64,000 nt of DNA from Trichormus sp. ATA11-4-KO1 (GCA_019358915.1 JAHHIM010000012.1:32001-96000), one strand, 5' to 3'; shown: positions 53,089-64,000, numbered from the stretch's first letter. Translations and numbers: made by a program. Notes: a model not told the origin generated them from the letters alone.

Positions 53089-54591
53089 ATGTCAGAGTCA
53101 AGTGACAAACTAAAAGCTTTCTCGCGGCGTCAACCCATGAACCGCCGCCAGAATCAGCGCCAAGACCAAAAAAAGCCACAGAAAAAAGTCAAAGTTCCCA
53201 GTCAGCCACAGCGTGTTGTCAAAAAAGAAGTGGCGCTGACGCGCTTTGATCATCAGATGATTCCTCCCCGCATCGCTACTGGGGCGCGTAAGTCAAAAAC
53301 TGCGGTAGTTATGCCAGCAGCAGTGAAACCTATTCCCCATGTACAGGGAACGATACCATCTGTTAACCCCAGCACTATGAAGTTAAAAACAGTGCGGGTA
53401 CAAAAGCAGCCATTGCCAAAGATAGGTAGACGCGTGTCACGCAAGACCCGCTTAAAACCAATGGCACGAACTATGTTGTATGCTCTACGGTTATTGATTG
53501 TAGGGGTTGGCATTGGTGCGATCGTGGGCACAATGTTGTCAATCTTAGACCCTGCTACTCGTGTACCCACAAATCCCTCAGTACAATCAAGTACGAATCA
53601 TGCGGGGCGAAATCAGCCACAACCTACACCAAATGCGGCCGCCAGCTTATATTTATCCCAAGAAATTATTCCCTTGAAAGATGCTGTGCAAAATTTGGCA
53701 GCGACATACGCCAATCTCACACCTGGAGTTTTCTTAGTAGATTTAGATACTGGTGGTTACGTAGATGTGAATAGCTCTGCCAGTTTCTCGGCGGCTAGTA
53801 CAATTAAAATTCCCATTTTGATGGCTTTTTTCCAAGATGTGGATACTGGGAAAATCCGCCTGGATGAAATGCTAAGCCTGGAAAAAGATATGGTAGCGGG
53901 TGGTTCTGGAAGTCTGCAATACCAAAAAGTGGGCACCCAGTACGCGGCATTGGAAGTTGCCACTAAAATGATTACAATCAGCGACAACACGGCTACAAAT
54001 ATGCTGATTACCCGACTAGGAGGGATAGAGGCGCTGAATCAACGTTTTCAAAGTTGGGGATTGACAGCTACAACAATTCGCAATCCACTTCCAGATTTGC
54101 CAGGGACAAACACCACAAGTCCCAGAGAATTGGGGAATTTGATGGCTATGGTCAATCAGGGAAATTTTATCAGTATGCGATCGCGCGATCTCATGCTCGA
54201 TATCATGCGCCGCACCGAAAGAAACAATCTGCTACCTTCTGGTTTAGGAGCAGGTGCTAGAACTTATCATAAAACGGGCGATATTGGTGCCATGCTCGCT
54301 GATGTGGGTTTAATTGATACCCCAACTGGCAAACGCTACATTGCCTCTGTGATGGTACAACGCCCTAATAATGATCCTCGGGCTGAAAAGCTGATTAGCT
54401 CTATTTCTAGCACTGCTTACCAACACTTAAGCCAAAATACTGCACCTAGTAATACAACAAATACTGTACCCCCAGTTGGTTATCAGACTCCGGTTATAAC
54501 TCCGCCTACACGCAACAATATAGAAAATACTGTACCCCCAACTAGTAATCAAGCCCCATTTTCGACTCCACATTATTTCCCCTCCAGATAA
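53089..54591 (+). CDS. Membrane-anchored serine hydrolase, class A beta-lactamase-like
   Basis: ASTIK, SDN and KTG motifs after a basic N-terminal region and TM helix. Confidence 0.85.
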   Translation: MSESSDKLKAFSRRQPMNRRQNQRQDQKKPQKKVKVPSQPQRVVKKEVALTRFDHQMIPPRIATGARKSKTAVVMPAAVKPIPHVQGTIPSVNPSTMKLKTVRVQKQPLPKIGRRVSRKTRLKPMARTMLYALRLLIVGVGIGAIVGTMLSILDPATRVPTNPSVQSSTNHAGRNQPQPTPNAAASLYLSQEIIPLKDAVQNLAATYANLTPGVFLVDLDTGGYVDVNSSASFSAASTIKIPILMAFFQDVDTGKIRLDEMLSLEKDMVAGGSGSLQYQKVGTQYAALEVATKMITISDNTATNMLITRLGGIEALNQRFQSWGLTATTIRNPLPDLPGTNTTSPRELGNLMAMVNQGNFISMRSRDLMLDIMRRTERNNLLPSGLGAGARTYHKTGDIGAMLADVGLIDTPTGKRYIASVMVQRPNNDPRAEKLISSISSTAYQHLSQNTAPSNTTNTVPPVGYQTPVITPPTRNNIENTVPPTSNQAPFSTPHYFPSR

Positions 54592-54643
54592 ATTCTTATC
54601 GGGACTTAGACATTTTTGAGGCAGAAATAAGCCTTGAAACCAA

Positions 54644-54682
54644 AAGCCCACACTTACTCTTCGCGTAAGTATGGGTAGTTCA
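54644..54682 (+). mobile_element. IS200/IS605-type right-end hairpin remnant
   Basis: AAGCCCACACTTAC-TCTTCGC-GTAAGTATGGGTAGTTCA: a subterminal hairpin ending in TTCA. Confidence 0.4.
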
Positions 54683-54717
54683 TAATGATTATTTTCTTGT
54701 GATGTGGTGGAGGGTAT

Positions 54718-55341
54718 TCAAGCTTGAGCTATAACAGCATCAATTTCGTTTTTCGTCTGGTCAATGTTAGCAGCTACTGTAGCGTCATCGGCAGTCGTGG
54801 CTTCAACACTAAAGAACCGGATATCTTGGATGCCCAAGAAGCTCAGCAGGAGCTTAAGATAAGGTTCGAGGAAGTTGAAAGATGACAGAGGTCTGTCACC
54901 AGTGTATCCGCCTGCGCCATAAACACAGATCACATAGGCACGCTTATTGTTAACTAGCCCAGTAAAATTGGTACCATCGTAGGAAAAAGTGTACCCAATC
55001 CGCACAATTTGGTCAATCCAAGCTTTGAGAGCCGATGGCACAGAGAAGTTGTACATTGGCACTGTTATGAGCAAGACGTTAGCAGATTGCAGCTCCTTGA
55101 TTAAGTGATCCGACAGTGCTGTGGCGCTACGTAGTTCATCGGTAAATTGGTCAGCCGAAGTATAGTAGCCTGTGATTGTTTGAGCATCAATATGCTCGAT
55201 AGGCTCAGCTACCACGTCACGCCGCACAATATGATCACCTGGGTTGCGCTCAAGCCAAGCCTTCTCGAAGTAGTCTCCAAGTGCTCGTGAGTGAGATCCT
55301 GCAATTCGTGAACTCGAATCAATCCGCAGGATAGTATTCAT
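54718..55341 (-). CDS. azoR: FMN-dependent NADH-azoreductase
   Basis: ILRIDSS, PMYNFSVPSALKAWID, GYTFSY; ATG at 55341. Confidence 0.88.
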   Translation of the reverse strand: MNTILRIDSSSRIAGSHSRALGDYFEKAWLERNPGDHIVRRDVVAEPIEHIDAQTITGYYTSADQFTDELRSATALSDHLIKELQSANVLLITVPMYNFSVPSALKAWIDQIVRIGYTFSYDGTNFTGLVNNKRAYVICVYGAGGYTGDRPLSSFNFLEPYLKLLLSFLGIQDIRFFSVEATTADDATVAANIDQTKNEIDAVIAQA

Positions 55342-55543
55342 GGAATTACCTCTTGATACTTTTCTTGAGGTCAGCCTACTTGATATATAAACTGCTATCA
55401 ATAGTTGCTAATGCATTATATTCGTGCATACTATACAAGAATGGGTTTAAATAACCTACGTATTTTTATTTTCTTGCAGTAATAGACAATAAATATTTAG
55501 CGATCGCCACCTCAAAGTGTTCTCACAACTACATTTTTATCCT

Positions 55544-56659
55544 TTAACTTTTCTGATATCGCATTCCTGGAAGTTGGGCAACTAAACCCATCAATTCCAA
55601 CTGTAATAATGCACTAGAAACTGAGCCAGCATTCATCCCTGTTTGTTGGACAATAAAATCAAAAGGCAACACATCACAGGCGATCGCATCTATTACTCGT
55701 TGCAGTTCTGGTGATAAATCAGGCAAATTTAATTTTTCTGAAATTGGCAATGTTTCCACTGCGTCAAGTTGTGGTATGGCTCCCAACATCCTTAAAAGTT
55801 CATCTAGTTCCTGGAGAATTAAAGCAGCGCCTTGGCTAAGTAATTTTAAACACCCTTGGGATGGATGATCATCTATTCTTCCCGGTAATGCATAGACATC
55901 TCTACCAAACTCGTTTGCATAAGTGGCTGTAATCAATGCGCCCGATTTTACTGGTGCTTCCATTACCAAAATGGCACGACTTAAACCTGCGATTATTCGA
56001 TTGCGTCGGGGAAAGTGAGTGCGATCAGGTGCGGTTTTGCTGGGATATTCACTCATGACTAACCCTTGACTCAAAATCTGCTTGTACAAATCTCGATTTT
56101 TTTGGGGATAAATCACATCTACACCAGTCCCTAAAACTGCGATCGTGCGTCCACCAGCTTTCATCGTGGCGATATGGCTTTCTGTATCAATTCCCTCTGC
56201 CATACCAGATACAACTGTAAAGCCATTTTTAGCTAAAGCTGTGCTAATTTGGCGCGTCCACCGAATGCCATAATCGGAAGGTCGGCGTGTGCCGACAATC
56301 CCTACTAAAGGTTTTTGTCCGAGATTTTCTAGTAGTTCAACTTCGCCGCGATAGTACAACATTGGCGGGGGACTGGGAGTTTCCAGCAGCAAGCGAGGAT
56401 AATCTGTATCTGCTGGTGTCCAAAAATACGGGTTTTCTTGTTGGTGCTGGGTGAGTAACTGTTCTGGATGTAAACGCGATCGCTGTTGAACTACTTTCTC
56501 TAATGTCTGAAAACCAAAACCTTCAACTTCGGCTAATTGGGCTTTGGGAGCATTCCAAGCTGTTGTTAGGGTGCCAAAATGCTGTTGTAACCGTCGCAGT
56601 AACACTGGGCCAATCCCGGAAATTTGTGTCCAAGCTAGCCAATATGCCCGTTCTTCCAC
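55544..56659 (-). CDS. dprA: DNA-processing protein A
   Basis: IVGTR, VSGMAEGID, FPRRNRIIAGL, SGALIT. Confidence 0.95.
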   Translation of the reverse strand: MEERAYWLAWTQISGIGPVLLRRLQQHFGTLTTAWNAPKAQLAEVEGFGFQTLEKVVQQRSRLHPEQLLTQHQQENPYFWTPADTDYPRLLLETPSPPPMLYYRGEVELLENLGQKPLVGIVGTRRPSDYGIRWTRQISTALAKNGFTVVSGMAEGIDTESHIATMKAGGRTIAVLGTGVDVIYPQKNRDLYKQILSQGLVMSEYPSKTAPDRTHFPRRNRIIAGLSRAILVMEAPVKSGALITATYANEFGRDVYALPGRIDDHPSQGCLKLLSQGAALILQELDELLRMLGAIPQLDAVETLPISEKLNLPDLSPELQRVIDAIACDVLPFDFIVQQTGMNAGSVSSALLQLELMGLVAQLPGMRYQKS

Positions 56660-56865
56660 TACCTTCCTATCCTCACACCTACTGGATTGAGTATTCCCAA
56701 ATTAGGTTTGTCTGTTGACCTAACTTAGCAACGCCAGATGCTCTACTTGGGGGCTAAACTGTTTTTTCTTTAACTGAAACTACTACAATTACTATTGATG
56801 CTAGATAATGGGAAAGCTTTGACATTTATTCACCCATCTAGCCAGACAGAATCAAACTAACACCT

Positions 56866-58653
56866 ATGCGAACTCACTATTGCGGCGAACTCCGAAAAAA
56901 AGATATTGGAGAAATTGTTACCTTGTACGGATGGGTAGACCGTCGCCGCGATCATGGGGGCGTGATATTTTTAGATTTACGCGATCGCTCTGGCATTGTC
57001 CAAATTGTTAGCGATCCACAACGCACCCCAGATTCCTACGAGCAGGCGAATACCCTGCGTAATGAATACGTTGTCGTCATCATCGGTAGGGTGACGCAAC
57101 GTCCCGATGAATCTCTCAATCCCCGCATCCCCACGGGTGAGGTGGAAATCTACGCCGATAAAATTGAATTGCTCAACGGCGTTCGTAAACAATTGCCATT
57201 TCAAGTTTCCACGGCTGACACGGAAACTGTACGAGAAGACTTGCGGCTGAAGTATCGTTATTTGGATTTGCGACGAGAACGCATGGCGCAAAATATGCAA
57301 TTGCGTCATCAAGTCGTCAAAGCCATGCGTCGTTACTTGGAAGACATAGAAGGTTTCATTGAAATCGAAACCCCCATCCTTACCCGTTCCACTCCAGAAG
57401 GTGCGAGGGATTACATTTTACCCAGTCGTGTAAATGCTGGTGAGTGGTTTGCTCTACCGCAATCACCCCAGTTATTCAAACAGATACTCATGGTATCGGG
57501 CATGGATCGATATTATCAAATTGCCCGTTGCTTCCGTGATGAAGATTTACGCGCCGACAGACAACCAGAATTTACTCAGTTGGACATGGAAATGAGCTTC
57601 ATGTCCCAAGAAGAAATTATTGAACTGAATGAGAAGTTAGTTGCTCATATCTTCAAAACAGTAAAAGGTATTGAGTTAAACTTGCCATTCCCCCGCCTTA
57701 CTTACACCGAGGCGATGGAACGTTACGGTAGTGATAAACCAGATACCCGCTATAGTTTGGAATTAGTCAATGTTTCCGATGTCTTGAAAGACTCTGGTTT
57801 TAAAGTTTTTCGAGATGCTGTTGCTCATGGTGGTATTGTCAAAATCCTGCCCATCCCCAACGGTAACGATGTCATTTCTAATGTCCGCATTAAACCAGGT
57901 GGTGACTTATTCAAAGAAGCCAGCGAAGCCGGTGCTAAAGGTCTAGCTTATATCCGGGTAAGGGAAGATGGTGAAATTGACACCATTGGCGCGATTAAAG
58001 ACAATCTAACAGAAGCACAAAAACAGGAAATTTTACAACGTACAGGTGCAAAACCAGGTCATTTGCTATTATTTGGTGCTGGTGACACTGCTACAGTTAA
58101 TAAAACTTTAGACAGATTGCGCCAAGTTGTGGCTAGAGAGTTTGGGTTAATTAATCCAGAAAAAATCAATTTGCTCTGGATTACAGATTTCCCCATGTTT
58201 GAGTGGAATGCTAACGAAAAACGCCTAGAAGCACTGCACAACCCCTTTACTGCACCTCATCCTGAAGATGTGAGTGATTTAAAAACTGCACGCGCCCAAG
58301 CTTACGATTTGGTGTTAAATGGTTTGGAAGTTGGTGGCGGAAGTCTGCGGATTTATCAAGGGGATATTCAACAACAGGTGTTTGAAGCAATTGGTTTATC
58401 ACCTGAAGAAGCACAGAATAAATTTGGCTTTCTCTTGGAGGCGTTTGAATATGGTACACCACCTCATGGTGGCATTGCCTACGGTTTAGATCGTTTGGTA
58501 ATGTTGCTAGCTGGCGAAGAATCCATTCGGGATGTGATTGCCTTTCCGAAGACACAGCAAGCTCGTTGTTTGTTGACGGATGCGCCTTCAGGGGTAGATG
58601 TCAAGCAATTGAAAGAGTTGTATGTTGCTTCGACTTTTAAGCCAAAGTCTTAA
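56866..58653 (+). CDS. aspS: Aspartate--tRNA ligase
   Basis: [43 protein letters not shown]. Confidence 0.98.
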   Translation: MRTHYCGELRKKDIGEIVTLYGWVDRRRDHGGVIFLDLRDRSGIVQIVSDPQRTPDSYEQANTLRNEYVVVIIGRVTQRPDESLNPRIPTGEVEIYADKIELLNGVRKQLPFQVSTADTETVREDLRLKYRYLDLRRERMAQNMQLRHQVVKAMRRYLEDIEGFIEIETPILTRSTPEGARDYILPSRVNAGEWFALPQSPQLFKQILMVSGMDRYYQIARCFRDEDLRADRQPEFTQLDMEMSFMSQEEIIELNEKLVAHIFKTVKGIELNLPFPRLTYTEAMERYGSDKPDTRYSLELVNVSDVLKDSGFKVFRDAVAHGGIVKILPIPNGNDVISNVRIKPGGDLFKEASEAGAKGLAYIRVREDGEIDTIGAIKDNLTEAQKQEILQRTGAKPGHLLLFGAGDTATVNKTLDRLRQVVAREFGLINPEKINLLWITDFPMFEWNANEKRLEALHNPFTAPHPEDVSDLKTARAQAYDLVLNGLEVGGGSLRIYQGDIQQQVFEAIGLSPEEAQNKFGFLLEAFEYGTPPHGGIAYGLDRLVMLLAGEESIRDVIAFPKTQQARCLLTDAPSGVDVKQLKELYVASTFKPKS

Positions 58654-58741
58654 GCCACTCCCTCATAAACAAGCCTGCTTTTGCAGGCTTTGTTGCGTCC
58701 GTTATGACAGAGAAGCGATCGCTCTTTTCACTTCTTGCACC

Positions 58742-58813
58742 AAGCGACTGAAGTCGCGGCTACACGAACAAAACCCGCACTTCGACAAGCTCAATAACCA
58801 CCTGCGCGGATTC
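58742..58813. repeat. Composite dispersed repeat with an inserted SDR of about 22 nt
   Basis: Matches 2979-3027 (reverse complement) plus an insert GCACTTCGACAAGCTCAATAACC. Confidence 0.6.
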
Positions 58814-59352
58814 CAAATCCTTGATTTTACATTAAGATGCACTTAATGGTAGAAATTGAGATGAACTAGACATCTTAAAAAAATACCTCCATTATGTTAA
58901 ATTGTTTAGTCTTATATTTTTTATAGCAATCTTATTCGGTTTTATTTTATTTAAGAAAAGTGGGAGGCTTTAGATCCCCGACTTCTTAAATATTTTTATT
59001 ATTTATATATATGGTAAATTTCCTATTTTACATAGTTATCTATCTGTCGATTCAAAGAATTATATCTAAAGGAATAAATCAAATTATTGAAGTAAGGGTT
59101 AAATTAATTAGCAAATATAACTTGAGATTAATTAACTTTTTAATTTGAGTATAAATACTCAAGTTTTGTTAGATAGAACTATAATTTCAGAAAAATATTA
59201 AAATGTTTTACTAAGTTTTCGTATCTCATACTTAAATAGTACATCTCCTATAAGGATTAATTATTTTATAGTCAGTTTCAATCGGCAGAAAGAAGGAATA
59301 ATAGCACAAAATTTATAAAATCATAGGTGTAGAATTTTGGCAAAGACTAAGT

Positions 59353-60282
59353 ATGGCTCTTTATAAGCTAGAAGATTTCGCTGCTGAGTATAAAGACGCT
59401 GATTTTGATAACTATGAAATCAGAAATTTTGATGTCTATTCAGACATAGATAATGACAAGGTAGGCACAGTCAAACATATTTTAGTGGATGATTCAGTCC
59501 GTTTTCGCTACCTAGTTGTTGATACAGGCTTTTGGATTTTTGGGAAGCAAGTATTGTTACCAATTGGGCGTTCTCGCATTAACTATGCTGACCGACGAGT
59601 GTATGCTACAGGATTTACTCGTGAGCAAGTAGAAAGCTTACCTGACTTCAATAACCTGGAACGAGTTGATTACGATTATGAAGAACGGGTGCGCAAAGTT
59701 TATCGTACACCATTTGCAGAATCATCCTTAGAAACTTCGACACCTGTGGAAACTACAGCACCTTTAGATACTCCCACAGCCTATAGAGAGGATACAGCAA
59801 GAGTAACTACACCCCCATCCAGAGAGACATATGATCGCGATAGCTATACTTACGAACGGGAACCAGATTTGTACGAAATGAGCGATCGCAATCATCAAAA
59901 CCTCAAACTCTACGAAGAACGGTTAGTTGCTAATAAATCCCGTGTGAAAACAGGGGAGGTAGCTATTGGAAAACATGTTGAAACTGATAGAGCAGAAGTA
60001 GCAGTACCAGTGGAAAAAGAGCGAGTAGTTATTGAACGCACTACTCCCACAGATGCTGGACGCACAGCTTCTCCTGGTGAGGTAAACTTCCGTGAAGGTG
60101 AAGTTGCGCGGATGGATATTTACGAAGAAACGCCGGAGATTCGGAAGGAAGCTGTTGTACGCGAGGAAGTTAAAGTTAAGAAGGTTGTAGAAGAAGATAC
60201 CATTGAGGCTCAAGAAACTCTCCGCCGTGAAGAATTAGATATTAGTAAGGATGATGAGCGATTAGAGGGAAGAAGGAGTTGA
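59353..60282 (+). CDS. PRC-barrel + DUF2382 domain protein
   Basis: KVGTVKHILVD...RYLVVDTG..FGKQVLLPIG, then LYEERLVANK...GEV repeats. Confidence 0.9.
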   Translation: MALYKLEDFAAEYKDADFDNYEIRNFDVYSDIDNDKVGTVKHILVDDSVRFRYLVVDTGFWIFGKQVLLPIGRSRINYADRRVYATGFTREQVESLPDFNNLERVDYDYEERVRKVYRTPFAESSLETSTPVETTAPLDTPTAYREDTARVTTPPSRETYDRDSYTYEREPDLYEMSDRNHQNLKLYEERLVANKSRVKTGEVAIGKHVETDRAEVAVPVEKERVVIERTTPTDAGRTASPGEVNFREGEVARMDIYEETPEIRKEAVVREEVKVKKVVEEDTIEAQETLRREELDISKDDERLEGRRS

Positions 60283-60784
60283 GCAATTTTTATAGATTAT
60301 CCTCTTGTTGAAATTGCCAATATCTTGGGGTTGTCAATTTACTTGATAACCCTTTATATTTTTACTCCATGAACAAAAACATCCCCAACTTTTATCCTCC
60401 GGGAAGCCACCCTACGACTGTCTACAAGAAGTCGGGGATATGAGCCTCTGTTGTTGGCAAAAATAAAACCCGCTTTAGCGGGCTTTTACACAACAAAACT
60501 ATGAACAATAGATTTTTGATTTAGCTGAAATATTTGATTTCCGCCTCTAGTTGGCTAATTAGCCTGTCGTCGCCCTTAGCTTTAGCTACTTGCAGGCGAT
60601 GTTCCAGGCTTTTTTGAATATTCATTCTGTGATTTTCTTGCGCTTTACTAGCATTTTGTAGTCTATATTGGCTCATAGTGATTACCCTCTATAAGTTTCT
60701 TATGTCTTGTATTGTTAACATAGCATAAAGTTTGTAGCTGTCGATACAGAAAATTATGTCTTAATATATTTTTACTATCAAACT

Positions 60785-61588
60785 ATGTCTGAGAACCAGA
60801 TAAGTCAATCACTTCTGGTATTACTGAGCGATTTCGGCGATCGCGATGTCTATGTGGGTGTGATGAAAGGTGTTATTGCCCAAATCAATCCCCTGTTAAG
60901 GGTGATAGACTTGACGCACCAGATTCCACCGCAAAACATCACCGCAGCTAGGTTTTGCTTGATGAATGCTTATCCCTATTTCCCGGATGGTACAGTGTAT
61001 GTAGCGGTGGTAGACCCGGGCGTAGGAAGTAGGCGACGGGCGATCGCAGTAGAATTTGCTCAAGGGTTTTTGGTAGGTCCAGATAATGGTATATTTAGTG
61101 GTGTACTCAGTCAAACTCCAGCAATTACAGCCGTTGAACTGACAAATCCCAATTATTGGCGAACTCCTGAACCCAGTAAAACTTTTCACGGTAGAGATAT
61201 ATTTGCACCAGTGGGAGCTAATCTGGCTAACGGTGTTCCCCTCAAACAGCTAGGACAGGAAATTGATCCAGGCACTTTGGTACAGCTAGATATAGGTGAC
61301 TGTCAACAAATAAATACTGGTGTAACAGGTTGTATTCAATATATTGATTACTTTGGCAATTTAGTGAGCAACATTCCTGGAAGATATGTGCAAGGAAAAA
61401 CTTGGTGTGTGCAAGCTGCTGGATTAACCATACCAGGATGTGAAACCTACAGTGATGTAGCAGTGGGAGAGATAGCCGCTTTAGTGGGGAGTCATGGCTG
61501 GGTGGAAATTGCCATCAATAGTGGTAATGCACATTTACAGTTACAGATAAATTTGCAAGATAGTTTACAAATCTTATTTATGGAGTAG
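60785..61588 (+). CDS. SAM hydrolase / SAM-dependent halogenase family (DUF62)
   Basis: LLSDFG, VVDPGVGS, GPDNG, TFHGRDIF, IDYFGN. Confidence 0.9.
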   Translation: MSENQISQSLLVLLSDFGDRDVYVGVMKGVIAQINPLLRVIDLTHQIPPQNITAARFCLMNAYPYFPDGTVYVAVVDPGVGSRRRAIAVEFAQGFLVGPDNGIFSGVLSQTPAITAVELTNPNYWRTPEPSKTFHGRDIFAPVGANLANGVPLKQLGQEIDPGTLVQLDIGDCQQINTGVTGCIQYIDYFGNLVSNIPGRYVQGKTWCVQAAGLTIPGCETYSDVAVGEIAALVGSHGWVEIAINSGNAHLQLQINLQDSLQILFME

Positions 61589-61762
61589 GGACTAATATTT
61601 TTACTCAGCACTCAGCACTGAGAAAGGCACTTTCAAGCTAGTCTGGAAGAGAAGATGAGGCTAGCGACATCAAGTTGATTCAATTGCTGATAATAGTAAG
61701 AGTAAGCTGTCAGCATATTTTTGTGGCATTTTACTAAGTAATCCCAACTAGAGTTTTTTCAT

Positions 61763-62419
61763 ATGACTACACAAACACTATCTCCACCAGAAGTTTATCA
61801 AGGTCAGTTTGGTGAGTTTACAATAACTCAGAGCGATCGCACTGGTGTGATTATCTACCGTGCTGGCTTAATGGTAGCTGCACTCAGCTTTGCTATTGGC
61901 AGCGCTTTGGTTTTGTTTAACAATAATCCCACTACTATCGCTGCACTAACGCCTTTATACGCTTGTTTTAGCCTAGCTCTCGGTATCAGCTTATTAACCA
62001 TTCACATCTACATGGCACTACTGCACCGACTATTGCAAGTGTTTTGGGTAATTGGCAGTATAGCAGCAGTAGGACTGGCATTGTCTAGTAGTGAACCTTT
62101 GGCGATCGCTGTTTACAACCAACCTTTAACATTATTTGGAGTAGGTTTTACCTTTGTGGCATTAACAGGGATTTATTTTAAAGAAGCTTTTTGTTTTAAT
62201 CGTCTAGAAACTAAGGTGTTAACTTTAACAGTACCTTTACTTTTATTAGGGCATTTAGTAGGAATCTTGCCAACTCAATGGGAACAAATTCTATTAGGAA
62301 GTTGGGCAATTTTGTTTCTAATATTTGCTTTGCGTAAGACAGTACAAGCAATTCCTCAAGATATCGGCGATAAATCTGTATTTGCTTATTTGCAAAACCA
62401 AAAATCAACTAAGGCTTAA
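61763..62419 (+). CDS. DUF2301-like membrane protein
   Basis: IHIY, FKEAFCF, DIGDKSVF. Confidence 0.8.
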   Translation: MTTQTLSPPEVYQGQFGEFTITQSDRTGVIIYRAGLMVAALSFAIGSALVLFNNNPTTIAALTPLYACFSLALGISLLTIHIYMALLHRLLQVFWVIGSIAAVGLALSSSEPLAIAVYNQPLTLFGVGFTFVALTGIYFKEAFCFNRLETKVLTLTVPLLLLGHLVGILPTQWEQILLGSWAILFLIFALRKTVQAIPQDIGDKSVFAYLQNQKSTKA

Positions 62420-63108
62420 TGCGAAAAAAAAATCGCCAAAATCCAAAACTCCCCAAGATTAGGCTCATAAAACGCCAAGAAATGTGGATACTTACGGCTC
62501 AGGGATGGGTAATATTTCTCGCAATCATGGCAGCGATCATGTTTTTTAGCATCACTCATTTATACCCATTTCTCGCCGTAACTTCCCGCATCAAAGCAGC
62601 AGATGCATTGGTGGTTGAGGGATGGATATCAGACTACGCGATCGCCCAAGCATTTGCTGAATTTAAAAGCGGCTCTTATAAATCTATATTCACTCTAGGA
62701 AGTTCAGTAGAACAAGGATCATATCTAGTTGAATATCAAAACTTTGCCGAAATTGCCGCAGCTACATTAAACAAGATGGGTGTGCCGCAAGATAAGCTAG
62801 TAACTATTCCCACTCCTGACGTGATTAAGGATCGGACTAATGCATCTGCTGTGGCATTGCTTCAGAAAATATCAGATGCCAATTTACCGATAAAATCAAT
62901 AAATTTGGTGACTAGTGATGCTCACGCTCATAGAAGCTGGCTCATATTTAAAAATGTACTTGCTCCTAAAATTCAAGTAGGGATCATTGCGGCTGAACCA
63001 TCAAATTATGACCCTAATAACTGGTGGAATTCTAGTGAAGGAGTGCGAACAATTATATCTGAAACTATTGCTTATGTTTATGCCCTGCTTTGCACTTGGA
63101 AAACTTAA
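62419..63108 (+). CDS. YdcF/ElyC (DUF218)-like protein
   Basis: LVVEGW, DRT, VTSDAHAHRS. Confidence 0.75.
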   Translation: MRKKNRQNPKLPKIRLIKRQEMWILTAQGWVIFLAIMAAIMFFSITHLYPFLAVTSRIKAADALVVEGWISDYAIAQAFAEFKSGSYKSIFTLGSSVEQGSYLVEYQNFAEIAAATLNKMGVPQDKLVTIPTPDVIKDRTNASAVALLQKISDANLPIKSINLVTSDAHAHRSWLIFKNVLAPKIQVGIIAAEPSNYDPNNWWNSSEGVRTIISETIAYVYALLCTWKT

Positions 63109-63385
63109 ACTGGATTTTAGCTGTTATGTTATATAATTACTAAAGAAGATTGCAGCAATATATTTTTACTACTCAGCCGTGAGCCACTGTCGCCCTACCA
63201 AAATTTATTTAAATAACCTGAGAATTGGCAATCAGTGCCCACCGTAGGATAGCTCTATGAATATGGGTGTCTGGCATGATAGTGCAGTTTTATCGATGCT
63301 AGACAGACTCCCTCTACATAAATGAGTTCCAACTTTGACAGTCAAAGTTGACCAAAAATAGAGCAATTATCCAAATTTTAGGCTT

Positions 63386-64000
63386 ATGCAGACACAATTA
63401 CAACCGGCGATTGCCCAAGCAGAAATAGATCGTCGTCGTAACTTTGCCATCATTTCTCACCCAGACGCAGGTAAAACTACACTCACTGAAAAATTGCTCC
63501 TCTACGGTGGAGCCATCCAAGAAGCAGGATCGGTGAAAGCTCGTCGCGCTCAACGTCACGCCACCTCAGACTGGATGGCAATGGAACAGCAAAGAGGAAT
63601 TTCTATCACCTCTACAGTGTTGCAGTTCGAGTATCAAGACTGTCTGGTTAACTTACTGGATACACCTGGACACCAAGACTTCAGTGAAGATACTTACAGA
63701 ACACTAGCAGCTGCGGATAACGCCGTAATGTTGATTGATGCTGCGAAAGGATTGGAAACCCAAACCCGCAAGTTATTTGAAGTTTGCCGATTGCGTTGTT
63801 TGCCGATTTTCACCTTTATCAACAAGTTAGACCGTCCCAGCATGTCGCCTTTGGAACTCATTGATGAGATTGAGCAAGAATTGGGACTGTCAACTTACGC
63901 CATCAACTGGCCTATCGGTACAGGAGACCAGTTCCGGGGTGTTTTTGACCGTCATCATCAGCGAATTCATTTATTCCAGAAGACGGCGGCTCATGGTAGC
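63386..64000 (+). CDS. prfC: Peptide chain release factor 3, 5' part (runs off the window)
   Basis: [50 protein letters not shown]. Confidence 0.97.
   Translation, partial: MQTQLQPAIAQAEIDRRRNFAIISHPDAGKTTLTEKLLLYGGAIQEAGSVKARRAQRHATSDWMAMEQQRGISITSTVLQFEYQDCLVNLLDTPGHQDFSEDTYRTLAAADNAVMLIDAAKGLETQTRKLFEVCRLRCLPIFTFINKLDRPSMSPLELIDEIEQELGLSTYAINWPIGTGDQFRGVFDRHHQRIHLFQKTAAHGS

Noticed and set aside
53089..54591. Possible beta-lactam resistance gene
   Set aside because: Membrane-anchored class A-like serine hydrolases are common cyanobacterial chromosomal genes; no mobile context or evidence of resistance function
42109..56659. comF and dprA as a competence island
   Set aside because: They are 13 kb apart among unrelated housekeeping genes
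60785..61588. Possible SAM-dependent halogenase/natural-product gene
   Set aside because: The TFHGRDIF motif is typical of widespread DUF62 SAM hydrolases and there are no biosynthetic neighbours
63110..63385. Possible structured leader or riboswitch before prfC
   Set aside because: No recognisable riboswitch consensus; only short repeat fragments. A covariance-model search would be needed

Overview
64-kb chromosomal window from a heterocyst-forming cyanobacterium (Nostocales-like: abundant HIP1 GCGATCGC, STRR heptamer repeats, psbM/psbK, an NtcA box). Most of it is housekeeping or conserved: 3' end of ureG, hisS, pfkA, tRNA-Ala(GGC), hisF, ruvB, nagA, purE, amt, DAHP synthase, prlC, tgt, cobS, secA, dprA, aspS and the 5' part of prfC. 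The best candidate for an undescribed system is the first 12 kb. There a co-oriented run encodes a red-chlorophyll-catabolite-reductase (bilin reductase family) homologue, a nitrilase-fold protein with a non-canonical E-R-S triad, an aldehyde dehydrogenase, a DUF3598-like barrel, hisS and a DUF4437-like cupin. It is flanked by a cyclic amidohydrolase, an AspH-type dioxygenase, an MDR ene-reductase, TauE and an acetamidase. I infer a possible tetrapyrrole/heterocycle breakdown and nitrogen-recovery pathway. The window also records recent genome churn: a MITE nested in another MITE (empty copy in the window), a MITE that breaks a GNAT gene, a dehydratase/DJ-1 chimera joined at a HIP1 site, and an orphan MerR-type promoter. 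No CRISPR array, rRNA, prophage or intact transposase was seen. All family calls are by motif recognition, without database searches.
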